The translations under genes and the position numbers were made by a program. Source: Eledone cirrhosa (lineage: Eukaryota). Taken from it: a stretch of DNA of 64,000 nucleotides. The notes beneath the pieces are model-generated. The model saw only the letters and a list, made by a program, of their open reading frames with translations. It ran no database searches and had not been told where the DNA came from. The stretch covers positions 441,316,001 to 441,380,000 of the forward strand of contig OZ024740.1 in NCBI GenBank assembly GCA_964016885.1, given 5' to 3'. Below, piece by piece: positions 54,001 through 64,000 of the stretch; position 1 is the stretch's first letter, and every line of letters begins with the position of its first letter.

Positions 54001-57000
54001 GTATGTGTGTCTCTGTGTGTGTGTCTCTGTATGTGTATGTGTGTCTCTGTATGAGTATGTGTGTCTCTGTATGTGTATGTGTGTCTCTGTATGTGTATGT
54101 GTGTCTCTGTGTGTGTATGTGTGTCTCTGTATGTGTATGTGTGTCTCTGTATGTGTATGTGTGTCTCTGTATGTGTGTCTCTGTATGTGTATGTGTGTCT
54201 CTGTATGTGTATGTGTGTCTCTGTATGTGTGTGTGTGTCTCTGTGTGTGTATGTGTGTCTCTATATGTGTGTGTGTGTCGCTGTATGTGTGTCTCTGTCT
54301 CTGTATGTGTGTCTCTGTATGTGTGTCTCTGTATGTGTATGTGTGTCGCTGTATGTGTATGTGTGTCTCTGTATGTGTATGTGTGTCTCTTTATGTGTAT
54401 GTGTGTCTCTGTATGTGTATGTGTGTCTCTGTATGTGTATGTGTGTCTGTGTGTGTGTGTCTCTGTGTGTGTATGTGTCTCTCTGTGTGTGTATGTGTGT
54501 CTCTGTGTGTGTATGTGTGTCTCTGTATGTGTATGTGTGTCTCTGTATGTGTGTCTCTGTATATGTATGTGTGTCTCTGTGTGTGTATGTGTGTCTCTGT
54601 ATGTGTATGTGTGTCTCTGTATGTGTATGTGTGTCTCTGTATGTGTATGTGTGTCTCTGTATGTGTATGTGTGTCTCTGTGTGTGTATGTGTGTCTCTGT
54701 ATGTGTATGTGTGTCTCTGTATGTGTATGTGTGTCTCTGTCTGTGTATGTGTGTCTCTGTATGTGTATGTGTGTCTCTGTAAGTGTATGTGTGTCTCTGT
54801 ATGTGTATATGTGTCTCTGTATGTGTGTCTCTGTATGTGTGTCTCTGTGTGTGTATGTGTGTCTCTGTATGTGTATGTGTGTCTCTGTGTGTGTATGTGT
54901 GTCTCTGTATGTGTATGTGTGTCTCTGTGTGTGTATGTGTGTCTCTGTATGTGTATGTGTGTCGCTGTATGTGTATGTGTGTCTCTGTATGTGTATGTGT
55001 GTCTCTGTGTGTGTATGTGTGTCTCCGTATGTGTATGTGTGTCTCTGTGTGTGTGTCTCTGTATGTGTATGTGTGTCTCTGTATGTGTATGTGTGTCTCT
55101 GTATGTGTGTCTCTGTATATGTATGTGTGTCTCTGTGTGTGTATGTGTGTCTCTGTATGTGTATGTGTGTCTCTGTATGTGTATGTGTGTCTCTGTGTGT
55201 GTATGTGTGTCTCTGTATGTGTATGTGTGTCTCTGTATGTGTATGTGTGTCTCTGTCTGTGTATGTGTGTCTCTGTGTGTGTATGTGTGTCTCTGTATGT
55301 GTATGTGTGTCTCTGTCTGTGTATGTGTGTCTCTGTATGTGTATGTGTGTCTCTGTAAGTGTATGTGTGTCTCTGTATGTGTATGTGTGTCTCTGTAAGT
55401 GTATGTGTGTCTCTGTGTGTGTATGTGTGTCTCTGTATGTGTATGTGTGTCTCTGTGTGTGTATGTGTGTCTCTATATGTGTATGTGTGTCTCTGTGTGT
55501 GTATGTGTGTCTCTGTATGTGTATGTGTGTCTCGGTATGTGTATGTGTGTCTCTGTATGTGTATGTGTGTCTCTGTATGTGTATGTGTGTCTCTGTATGT
55601 GTATGTGTGTCTCTGTATGTGTATGTGTGTCTCTGTGTGTGTATGTGTGTCTCTGTGTGTGTATGTGTGTCTCTGTATGTGTATGTGTGTCTCTGTGTGT
55701 GTGTCTCTGTGTGTGTATGTGTGTCTCTGTATGTGTATGTGTGTCTCTGTATGTGTATGTGTGTCTCTGTATGTGTATGTGTGTCTCTGTGTGTGTATAT
55801 GTGTCTCTGTGTGTGTATGTGTGTCTCTGTATGTGTATGTGTGTCTCTGTGTGTGTGTCTCTGTATGTGTATGTGTGTTTCTGTATGTGTATGTGTGTCT
55901 CTGTATGTGTATGTGTGTCTCTGTATGTGTATGTGTGTCTCTGTGTGTGTATGTGCGTCTCTGTATGTGTATGTGTGTCTCTGTATGTGTATGTGTGTCT
56001 CTGTATGTGTGTCTCTGTATGTGTATGTGTGTCTCTGTATGTGTATGTGTGTCTCTGTATGTGTATGTGTGTCTCTGTGTGTGTATGTGTGTCTCTATAT
56101 GTGTGTGTGTATCGCTGTATGTGTGTCTCTGTATGTGTGTCTCTGTATGTGTATGTGTGTCGCTGTATGTGTATGTGTGTCTCTGTATGTGTATGTGTGT
56201 CTCTTTATGTGTATGTGTGTATGTGTGTCTCTGTATGTGTATGTGTGTCTCTGTGTGTGTATGTGTGTCTCTGTATGTGTATGTGTGTCTCTGTGTGTGT
56301 ATGTGTGTCTCTGTATGTATGTCGCTGTATGTGTATGTGTGTCTCTGTATGTGTATGTGTGTCTCTGTGTGTGTGTCTCTGTATGTGTATGTGTGTCTCT
56401 GTGTGTGTATGTGTGTCTCTGTATGTGTATGTGTGTCTCTGTATGTGTATGTGTGTCTCTGTGTGTGTATGTGTGTCTCTGTATGTGTGTCTCTGTATGT
56501 GTATGTGTGTCTCTGTATGTGTATGTGTGTCTCTGTGTGTGTATGTGTGTCTCTGTATGTGTATGTGTGTCTCTGTATGTGTATGTGTGTCTCTGTTTGT
56601 GTATGTGTGTCTATGTGTGTGTATGTGTGTCTCTGTGTGTGTGTCTCTGTGTGTGTATGTGTGTCTCTGTGTGTGTGTCTCTGTATGTGTATGTGTGTCT
56701 CTTTATGTGTATGTGTGTCTCTGTGTGTGTATCTCTGTGTGTGTATGTGTGTCTCTGTGTGTGTATGTGTGTCTCTGTATGTGTATGTGCGTCTCTGTAT
56801 GTGTGTCTCTGTATGTGTATGTGTGTCTCTTCTGTGTGTATGTGTGTCTCTGTGTGTGTATGTGTGTCTCTGTGTGTGTATGTGTGTCTCTGTATGTGTA
56901 TGTGTGTCTCTTCTGTGTGTATGTGTGTCTCTGTATGTGTATGTGTGTCTCTGTATGTGTATGTGTGTCTCTGTATGTGTATGTGTATGTGTGTCTCTGT

Positions 57001-58852
57001 GTGTGTATGTGTGTCTCTGTGTGTGTATGTGTATCTCTGTATGTGTATGTGTGTCTCTGTATGTGTATGTGTGTCTCTGTGTGTGTATGTGTATCTCTGT
57101 ATGTGTATGTGTGTCTCTGTATGTGTATGTGTGTCTCTGTATGTGTATGTGTGTCTCTGTATGTGTATGTGTGTCTCTGTATGTGTATGTGTGTCTCTGT
57201 GTGTGTGTCTCTGTGTGTGTATGTGTGTCTCTGTATGTGTATGTGTGTCTCTGTGTGTGTGTCTCTGTATCTGTATGTGTGTCTCTGTGTGTGTATGTGT
57301 GTCTCTGTATGTGTATGTGTGTCTCTGTGTGTGTGTATGTGTGTCTCTGTGTGTGTATGTGTGTCTCTGTATGTGTATGTTTGTCTCTGTATGTGTGTCT
57401 CTGTGTGTGTATGTGAGTCTCTGTATGTGTTTGTGTGTCTCTGTATGTGTGTCTCTGTATGTGTGTCTCTGTATGTGTGTCTCTGTGTGTCTCTGTATGT
57501 GTATGTGTGTCTCTGTGTGTGTATGTGTGTCTCTGTGTGTGTATGTGTGTCTCTGTATGTGTATGTGTGTCTCTGTGTGTGTATGTGTGTCTCTGTATGT
57601 GTATGTGTGTCTCTGTGTGTGTATGCGTGTCTCTGTATGTGTATATGTGTCTCTGTATGTGTATGTGTGTCTCTGTGTGTGTATGTGTGTCTCTGTATGT
57701 GTGTCTCTGTGTGTGTATGTGTGTCTCTGTATGTGTATGTGTGTCTCTGTGTGTGTATGTGTGTCTCTGTATGTGTGTCTCTGTGTGTGTATGTGTGTCT
57801 CTGTATGTGTATGTGTGTCTCTGTATGTGTGTGTGTGTCTCTGTATGTGTGTCTCTGTATGTGTGTGTGTGTCTCTGTATGTGTGTGTGTGTCTCTGTAT
57901 GTGTGTGTGTGTCTCCGTATGTGTGTCGCTGTATGTGTATGTGTGTCTCTGTATGTGTGTGTGTGTCTCTGTATGTGTGTCTCTGTATGTGTGTGTGTGT
58001 CTCTGTATGTGTGTGTGTGTCTCTGTATGTGTGTCGCTGTATGTGTATGTGTGTCTCTGTATGTGTGTGTGTGTCTCTGTATGTGTGTCTCTGTATGTGT
58101 GTGTGTGTCTCTGTATGTGTGTGTGTGTCTCTGTATGTGTGTGTGTGTCTCTGTATGTGTCTCTGTATGTGTGTCTCTGTATGTGTATGTGTGTCTCTGT
58201 ATGTGTATGTGTGTCTCTGTATGTATGTGTGTGTCTCTGTATGTGTGTGTGTGTCTCTGTATCTTTATGTGTGTCTCTGTATGTGTATGTGTGTCTCTGT
58301 GTGTGTGTCTCTGTATGTGTATGTGTGTCTCTGTATGTGTATGTGTGTCTCTGTATGTGTATGTGTGTCTCTGTATGTGTATGTGTGTCTCTGTATGTGT
58401 GTGTGTGTCTCTGTATGTGTATGTGTGTCTCTGTATGTGTATGTGTGTCTCTGTATGTGTATGTGTGTCTCTGTGTGTGTGTGTGTGTCTCTGTATGTGT
58501 ATGTGTGTCTCTGTATGTGTGTGTGTGTCTCTGTATGTGTGTGTGTGTCTCTGTATCTGTATGTGTGTATGTGTATGTGTGTCTCTGTATGTGTGTGTGT
58601 GTCTCTGTACGTGTTTGTGTGTCTCTGTATGTGTATGTGTGTATGTGTATGTGTGTCTCTGTATGTGTGTGTCTCTGTATGTGTGTGTGTGTCTCTGTAT
58701 GTGTGTGTGTGTCTCTGTATCTGTATGTGTGTATGTGTATGTGTGTCTCTGTATGTGTGTGTCTCTGTACGTGTTTGTGTGTCTCTGTATGTGTGTGTGT
58801 GTCTCTGTATGTGTATGTGTGTCTCTGTATGTGTGTGTGTGTCTCTGTATGT
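1..58852. repeat. Giant tandem minisatellite/satellite, 20-bp consensus TCTCTGT(A/G)TGTGTATGTGTG, roughly 3,000 units, continues beyond the left window edge
   Basis: The 20-bp periodicity is visible throughout. A common 14-bp variant (TCTCTGTATGTGTG) lacks one TATGTG hexamer, and position 8 is an A/G dimorphism. The array ends at ...GTCTCTGTATGT followed by ACACATGTATATTTATA near 58,852. Confidence 0.99.
22250..52250. repeat. Higher-order repeat domain: about five imperfect copies of a ~6.2-7.1 kb block within the satellite (boundaries approximate)
   Basis: The rare marker GTAGTCTCTG occurs at 24191, 31143, 38249, 44501 and 51180 (spacings 6952, 7106, 6252, 6679). Marker CCCTG is collinear at 23791, 30743, 37849, 44101 and 50766. 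The ORF track repeats near-identical 289-aa (31156, 38262, 44514) and 73-aa (25046, 29012, 32032, 39138, 45390) pseudo-ORFs. Confidence 0.9.
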
Positions 58853-58885
58853 ACACATGTATATTTATATTCTTCTGATAACCTC

Positions 58886-58946
58886 CACGTCTCCCTTGCC
58901 GTCCCCCGGGGAGGCACCTTCTCTATTCTGTCCACGGGGCTGTGGG
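58886..58946 (+). mobile_element. Short remnant of the 3' end of the same CRE-like retrotransposon family (end of the RLE coding region), inverted relative to the long copy
   Basis: Manual alignment to the reverse complement of 59435-59496 gives about 52/62 identities with one gap. It translates as [16 protein letters not shown], versus RVFLAVLRGYAFSILS in the long copy. Confidence 0.8.
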
Positions 58947-59199
58947 GAGACAAGACGGTTATATTACGAAATCTGTTGAATAGTCCTCTACTGATCAACT
59001 AAATCATTAATACAAACTACATCTGGTCACAACAATCTTTTTAACTCTTGACAAGATGTGTCCCCCTTTCAGCTGGCAGTAGTTTAGCAACAACTATCTA
59101 CCTGTCTATCTACCTTTGGACAATAACATCTATCTAAATGTGTCTAGCTACCTCTCTGTCTCTCTGCCTGTCTCTCACTCTTCCCTTATCACTATTTCT

Positions 59200-59217
59200 T
59201 TATCTATCTATCTAGAA

Positions 59218-59248
<31 letters not shown>

Positions 59249-59292
59249 ATCTAGAATAAATAAATGAATTTATAAATAAATAAATAAATATA
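59200..59292. repeat. (TATC)n / (AAAT)n microsatellite with a duplicated TCTAGAATAAATAAAT
   Basis: Read directly from the sequence: tatctatcta tctagaataa ataaataaat ... aaatctagaataaataaat ... taaataaata. Confidence 0.9.
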
Positions 59293-59322
59293 TCTAAAAA
59301 AATACACACGTCACCATTGTTT

Positions 59323-59349
59323 CCCCCCCCCCCCACACACACACACACA
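59323..59349. repeat. C12 homopolymer followed by (AC)7 microsatellite at the 3' flank of the retrotransposon
   Basis: Read directly from the sequence: ttcccccccc ccccacacac acacacacaa. Confidence 0.9.
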
Positions 59350-59409
59350 ATTAACTTTTCTTTTATCTATTTTAGTCTTTCCAAACCACAATTTTTAATT
59401 CATCAACAA

Positions 59410-60383
59410 CTACAACGGTACGCGATGGGGCCAGCCCACAGCCCCGGCGGACAGAATGGAGAAGGCGTATCCCCGGAGGACGGCGAGGAAGACGCGCTGG
59501 AAAAGCCCCTCCAACTCGCGGGGCTCACGCCCGCGGCTGGCCAGCTCAAAGCCAATGGTGGTGAGTAAGGAGGTAGCCCTCGGGCCGAGGTCACCAGAAG
59601 TCTCCACTGCCAGGGATACAACCGCAAACCTGTCGGAGAGCGACCGGTATTTGAGGAGTTTGGCCCCCTCAGCCCGACGAGCAGCAGAACCTGGGTCAGT
59701 CGCAGACTGCACCAGGTTGCGGCTGCAGAAAGTGTCGGTGAAAGTGGCATCCCAGACGAAGGGTTTGCCACCACGGAACGGGAAGATGTTCATGCCATCT
59801 GGCCTTTTGCCGTCCCCTCGATCTATCCCCACCGGCTCGAGCTGGGAGGGAAGCCTGCAGCGTCCAAGCCATGCTTAATGACCTCGTTGAGGGCAGCATG
59901 GCGTGGAATGCGGCCGGCATTGTGGCGACAAGAAAGCGGGTGGAGGCCGAAAGAGTCCACGGTGGAACCGCAGCGACACTGGTGTGGCTGGCAGATCCGG
60001 AGGCCGAGCCTCAGGGAAACGCCGATGCGCAGGATATGGTTGTCTAGCTGCGTGTCAGTGGAGAAGGAGGGCAGGGCATGGAGCCAGGAACCACTGTGGG
60101 GTTTGGAGGCCGCACGAAAACAAGCAAGGCGGTGCTCGTCGAGCTGGCGCGTGAGCCTGTTTTAGGCCAGGCTGCACTGGATGGCATCCCAAGTGCGTTG
60201 GGGGACTTGACGTCAACAGGAGGAGAAGGAGGAGGCGTATACTGGGCTAAGTCCCAGCCGGTCCCACATCTCACAAGCGGCCTCACGTTCTCTGAACACA
60301 GAGGGCTCTGTTGTGTTTTGAAGAACCCTGCTGACGAGGACGCGGCACGAGGTTACCGACGAAAGATACGCCGGAAAAGCTAG
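59410..60383 (-). pseudogene. Post-RT linker, CCHC zinc knuckle and restriction-like endonuclease (RLE) domain of the element
   Basis: The RT frame continues past in-frame stops at 60213-60215 and 60162-60164 to CRCGSTVDSFGLHPLSC (59928-59978) and RIPRHAALNE. A frameshift near 59850 leads into ORF 59410..59832 (GKRPDGMNIFPFRGGKPFVWDATFTDT...AEGAKLLKY...AVETSG). Confidence 0.88.
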
Positions 60384-61580
60384 TTAGATTGGGGACCGGA
60401 GGCCAAGGCCGCCATACCTGACAGGTAAAGTGGCCTGTTGCCACCCTATGTCGTCAAACTTGACGTTGCATATCTTCTCGGCTGCTGCTCGGATACAAGA
60501 TTCGATGTCAGTGAGGAGAGCTGTCTGAGTGTAGCACGCAGCGCTGCGGAGTGTATAGAGGATCTTCGGCATGGCGAAGCAGTTCCTCAGCAGAAAGAGA
60601 GCTGGTTGGCCGTCAATCAAGCCCAGTCGGCTCGTGAGAGTCAGGAGCTGTTGAAGCCTGGACCTGATGGTGGAGCGGATGGCCGGCGGGTGGATCGGTG
60701 ACCCGAGGATGAGGACATCCTCTTTGGGTGTCACCTGAACCTGACGGAGAATGGACCGCACGTCCACGAGGGAGGCTGCAAAGCTCGCAGCATCGAGGCT
60801 GACATTCACCACCTCCGACTTGGCCGAGTTGACCTGGAGGCAGATTCCCACCAGGACAGGAACCACCGATTGAAGGTCATGGCAGACCATCCGTACGGTC
60901 CCGCCCAACGTAGCATCATCCAGATACCAAACGTTGAGAGGGTCCGTGATACTCCGGGCGATGTGCTCAATACCAAGGGCGAACAGGAGGGGTCCCAAAG
61001 GGTTGCCCTGTTGGACCCCAGTAGCCGAGGGTATGACCGTATCAGCAGCAAGGAGCATGCTCGGGGCTCCATACGACAGGTAAACTAGCGGGTAGGCAGA
61101 GGGGGCTCGGCTGAGGCTGGCCTCGAGCAGATGATCCCGGCGTAAAGAGTTGAAGGCATTCCTCATGTCAAGCTTGACAATGAGTGCCTGGAGTCCCTGG
61201 ATGCCGGTTCCGATGGGCAGCTGTTGAAGAACTGCCTGGTTTCATGAGCTGCCCCCTCACAGCCAGCCGACACGTCAACACCCAGTTGCACCGGACTAAA
61301 CTCCTCACCCAGTTGGTGTGTCACGGACTTGCAGATCACCTTGTCAGCCAGCCTCCGGAAGACATTGCCCACAGCAATGGGGCGTATGCCACCCTCTTTC
61401 TTCCTGAGAGCGGTGATGCTGGCCGAAAAAAGAGGCCTCGGGCGTAAGGGTCCAGGGTGCCATGGATGAGCCTATTGGTAAGCGCCATAATTGCACTCAG
61501 AAGGCGGTGCCCCGCCTCAGCGGAGAGGGGGATATCAACTCCTTGAGGTGGCCTGGTCGGAGACCATCAACACCTCCGCA
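60384..61580 (-). pseudogene. Reverse transcriptase domain of the element (frameshifted, prematurely stopped)
   Basis: ORFs 61163..61372 and 60384..61166 are consecutive RT pieces in different frames (frameshift ~61190-61215). YLDD is intact at 60915-60926. An in-frame TAA lies at 60384-60386. Confidence 0.9.
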
Positions 61581-61756
61581 ATTCATGATAGTCCTTTTAT
61601 AGTGATAAGTGTATATATAGGTAGGTTACAGTCCCACCCCTAACCACTCACACCGCTGACCAGCGAACCCCCGTCCCCACATAGTACAGCACCCCACCCT
61701 TTCATCTCCTCACCCACACCGACCACCCTCACCACATATACACCACAATATCTATG

Positions 61757-62784
<1,028 letters not shown>

Positions 62785-62860
62785 ATGAGAATTTAGATAT
62801 AGAAAGAGAAGAGGGGATTGTGAGTTTTCAGTAATTCCTGGTATCTGTAGAGATGGAACT

Positions 62861-63290
62861 TGTGTGTGTGTACGTGTGTGTCTGTGTGTGTACGTGTGTG
62901 TGTACGTGTGTGTGTACGTGTGTGTTTGTGTGTGTACATGTGTGTGTGTGTTTGTGTGTGTACATGTGTGTGTGTACGTGTGTGTCTGTGTGTGTACTTG
63001 TGTGTGTGTGTGTACGTGTGTGTGTGTGTGTGTGTACGTGTGTGTTTGTGTGTGTACATGTGTGTGTGTACGTGTGTATCTGTGTGTGTATGTGTGTTTG
63101 TGTGCGTATGTGTGTGTGTGTATGTGTGTACGTGTGTGTTTGTGTGTGTGTACGTGTGTGTGTACGTGTGTGTTTGTGTGTGTACGTGTGTTTGTGTGCG
63201 TATGTGTGTACGTGAGCGTATGTTTGTGAGCGTGTGTACATGTGTGTGTCTGTGCGTCTACGTGTGTCTGTGTATACGTTTGTTTGTGTA
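62861..63290. repeat. Degenerate (TG)n tract punctuated by GTAC (GTGTGTAC(G/A)TGT) and GTTT
   Basis: Recurrent tgtgtacgtg / tgtacatg / gtgtttgtg motifs. Confidence 0.92.
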
Positions 63291-63540
63291 TATGTTTATG
63301 TATATGTGTGTATATATATGTATGTGTATGCATGTATGTATATGTGTATATATATATGTATGTGTGTGTATCTATGTATGTATATATATGTATGTTTGTA
63401 TATGTGTATATATATATGTATGTGTGTGTATGTATGTATATGTGTATGTATATGTATATATGTGCATGTATGTATATGTGTATATATATATGTATGTGTG
63501 TGTATGTATGTATATGTGTGTATATATATGTATGTGTGTA
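63291..63540. repeat. (TA)/(TG)/(TATG) compound microsatellite
   Basis: tatatgtgtgtatatatatgtatg-type alternating purine-pyrimidine sequence. Confidence 0.92.
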
Positions 63541-63802
63541 ATCCTATCTACCATCTGAGCTCAACTAGCCTCTGTCTCTTTTGTTAATTTCTAACATGAC
63601 AGTAAGTTTATTGTTATATAAAAGCAGCAATTAGTTTAACATATCTTATGTAGCAAGTCACAAACTTTACTTCATTTCTTCTGTCAGTATTTTACAAAGG
63701 CTACACTGGCTTCTCTTCTATATTAGCCATTCCTATACAATAGTAGAATCACTAACAGATGTGTTAAACGCTAGACATCTCACTCTACAATTACTAGCCA
63801 GA

Positions 63803-63894
63803 AATAATTGTTTCTACTTTTGGCACAAGGCCAGCAATTATCCAGTGTATTACTGGTACTTTATTTTATCGACCCCGTAAGGATGAAAGGCAAA
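63803..63894 (-). mobile_element. SINE remnant (Nin-domain core plus 3' end), resembling abundant Octopus SINEs; 5'-truncated and internally deleted
   Basis: The minus strand reads TTTGCCTTTCATCCTTACGGGGTCGATAAAATAAAGTACCAGT...AATTGCTGGCCTTGTGCCAAAAGTAGAAACAATTATT. This matches my recollection of the conserved GCCTTTCATCCTTTCGGGGTCGATAAAATAAGTACC core and the GCTGGCCTTGTGCC 3' end. Not verified by search. Confidence 0.7.
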
Positions 63895-64000
63895 AATAAT
63901 GATGGCATCTTAATTACACACAACTTCTGGACTGCTTCTAGCATTTTACATTTAAAACGATAAATAAACTTTTGAAGGATAAAATATATGGGTTGTGAGG

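Larger units (their letters stand above)
59350..61582 (-). mobile_element. 5'-truncated, inactivated non-LTR retrotransposon of the RLE-encoding group (CRE-clade-like)
   Basis: Minus-strand translation gives, in order: GGVDGLRPGHLK, ITALRKKEGGIRPIAVGNVFRRL, QLGV...GCEGAAH, IVKLDMRNAFNS, GVQQGNPLGPLLF, WYLDD, LPVRYGGLGL, LAFPAYLSS, SGSWLHALP, CRC-x8-H-x3-C, RHAALN, KRPDG...VWDAT. This is the RT / zinc knuckle / RLE layout of CRE-type elements. The element is GC-rich against AT-rich flanks, and there is a short A-rich 3' UTR after the stop at 59410. The clade call is from motif recall, not a database search. Confidence 0.9.

Noticed and set aside
1-58852. CRISPR-like or information-storing array (A/G variant code)
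   Set aside because: There are no unique spacers and no cas genes, and the context is eukaryotic. The variant patterns are explained by duplication of blocks.
12980-58998. Minus-strand H/T/R/D-rich ORFs that look like His-rich metal-binding proteins
   Set aside because: They are translations of the CA-rich strand of the same satellite and are open in all frames.
8-59002. Giant + strand ORFs (up to 8012 aa) of C/V/Y/M/L/S
   Set aside because: All three frames are open with the same periodic peptide because the 20-mer has no stop codon. Stops arise only at rare variant units. There is no frame preference or domain content.
60384-61372. RT beside a repeat array read as a retron, DGR, group II intron or telomerase-like system that synthesises the satellite
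   Set aside because: The RT has non-LTR retrotransposon motifs followed by a CCHC knuckle and RLE, and it is broken by stops and frameshifts. No template copy of the 20-mer lies within the element.
59317-61447. Small + strand and off-frame ORFs overlapping the retroelement (e.g. 59456..59878, 60078..60383, 61184..61447)
   Set aside because: Antisense or alternative-frame shadows of a GC-rich coding remnant, with no recognisable motifs.
61638-61645. CCCTAACC telomere-like motif
   Set aside because: Single copy in a C-rich patch, expected by chance. There is no telomeric array in the window.
62793-63587. Cluster of short overlapping ORFs on both strands
   Set aside because: Translations of TG/TA microsatellite.

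Overview
Eukaryotic, repeat-dominated window with no credible host protein-coding gene. Bases 1-~58,850 (open at the left edge) form one giant TG-rich minisatellite with a 20-bp consensus, TCTCTGT(A/G)TGTGTATGTGTG. All of the multi-thousand-residue C/V/Y/M and H/T/R 'ORFs' are artefacts of this stop-poor repeat. Rare variant units show layered higher-order structure: about five copies of a ~6.2-7.1 kb block at 22-52 kb, several nested kb-scale duplications, a variant confined to 3.9-8.6 kb, and a decaying right edge. Immediately right of the array are a ~60-bp + strand fragment of a retrotransposon 3' end, short microsatellites, and a 5'-truncated, mutated non-LTR retrotransposon on the - strand (RT, CCHC zinc knuckle, restriction-like endonuclease; CRE-clade type). 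The two element copies lie tail-to-tail. A ~1 kb (GTA/GTG)n tract, a TG/TA tract and a SINE remnant follow. The SINE resembles the Nin-domain SINEs I recall from Octopus, so the host may be a cephalopod (inference). I found no demonstrably new biological system. The best leads are the CRE-like element/TG-repeat association and the readable variant code of the satellite.
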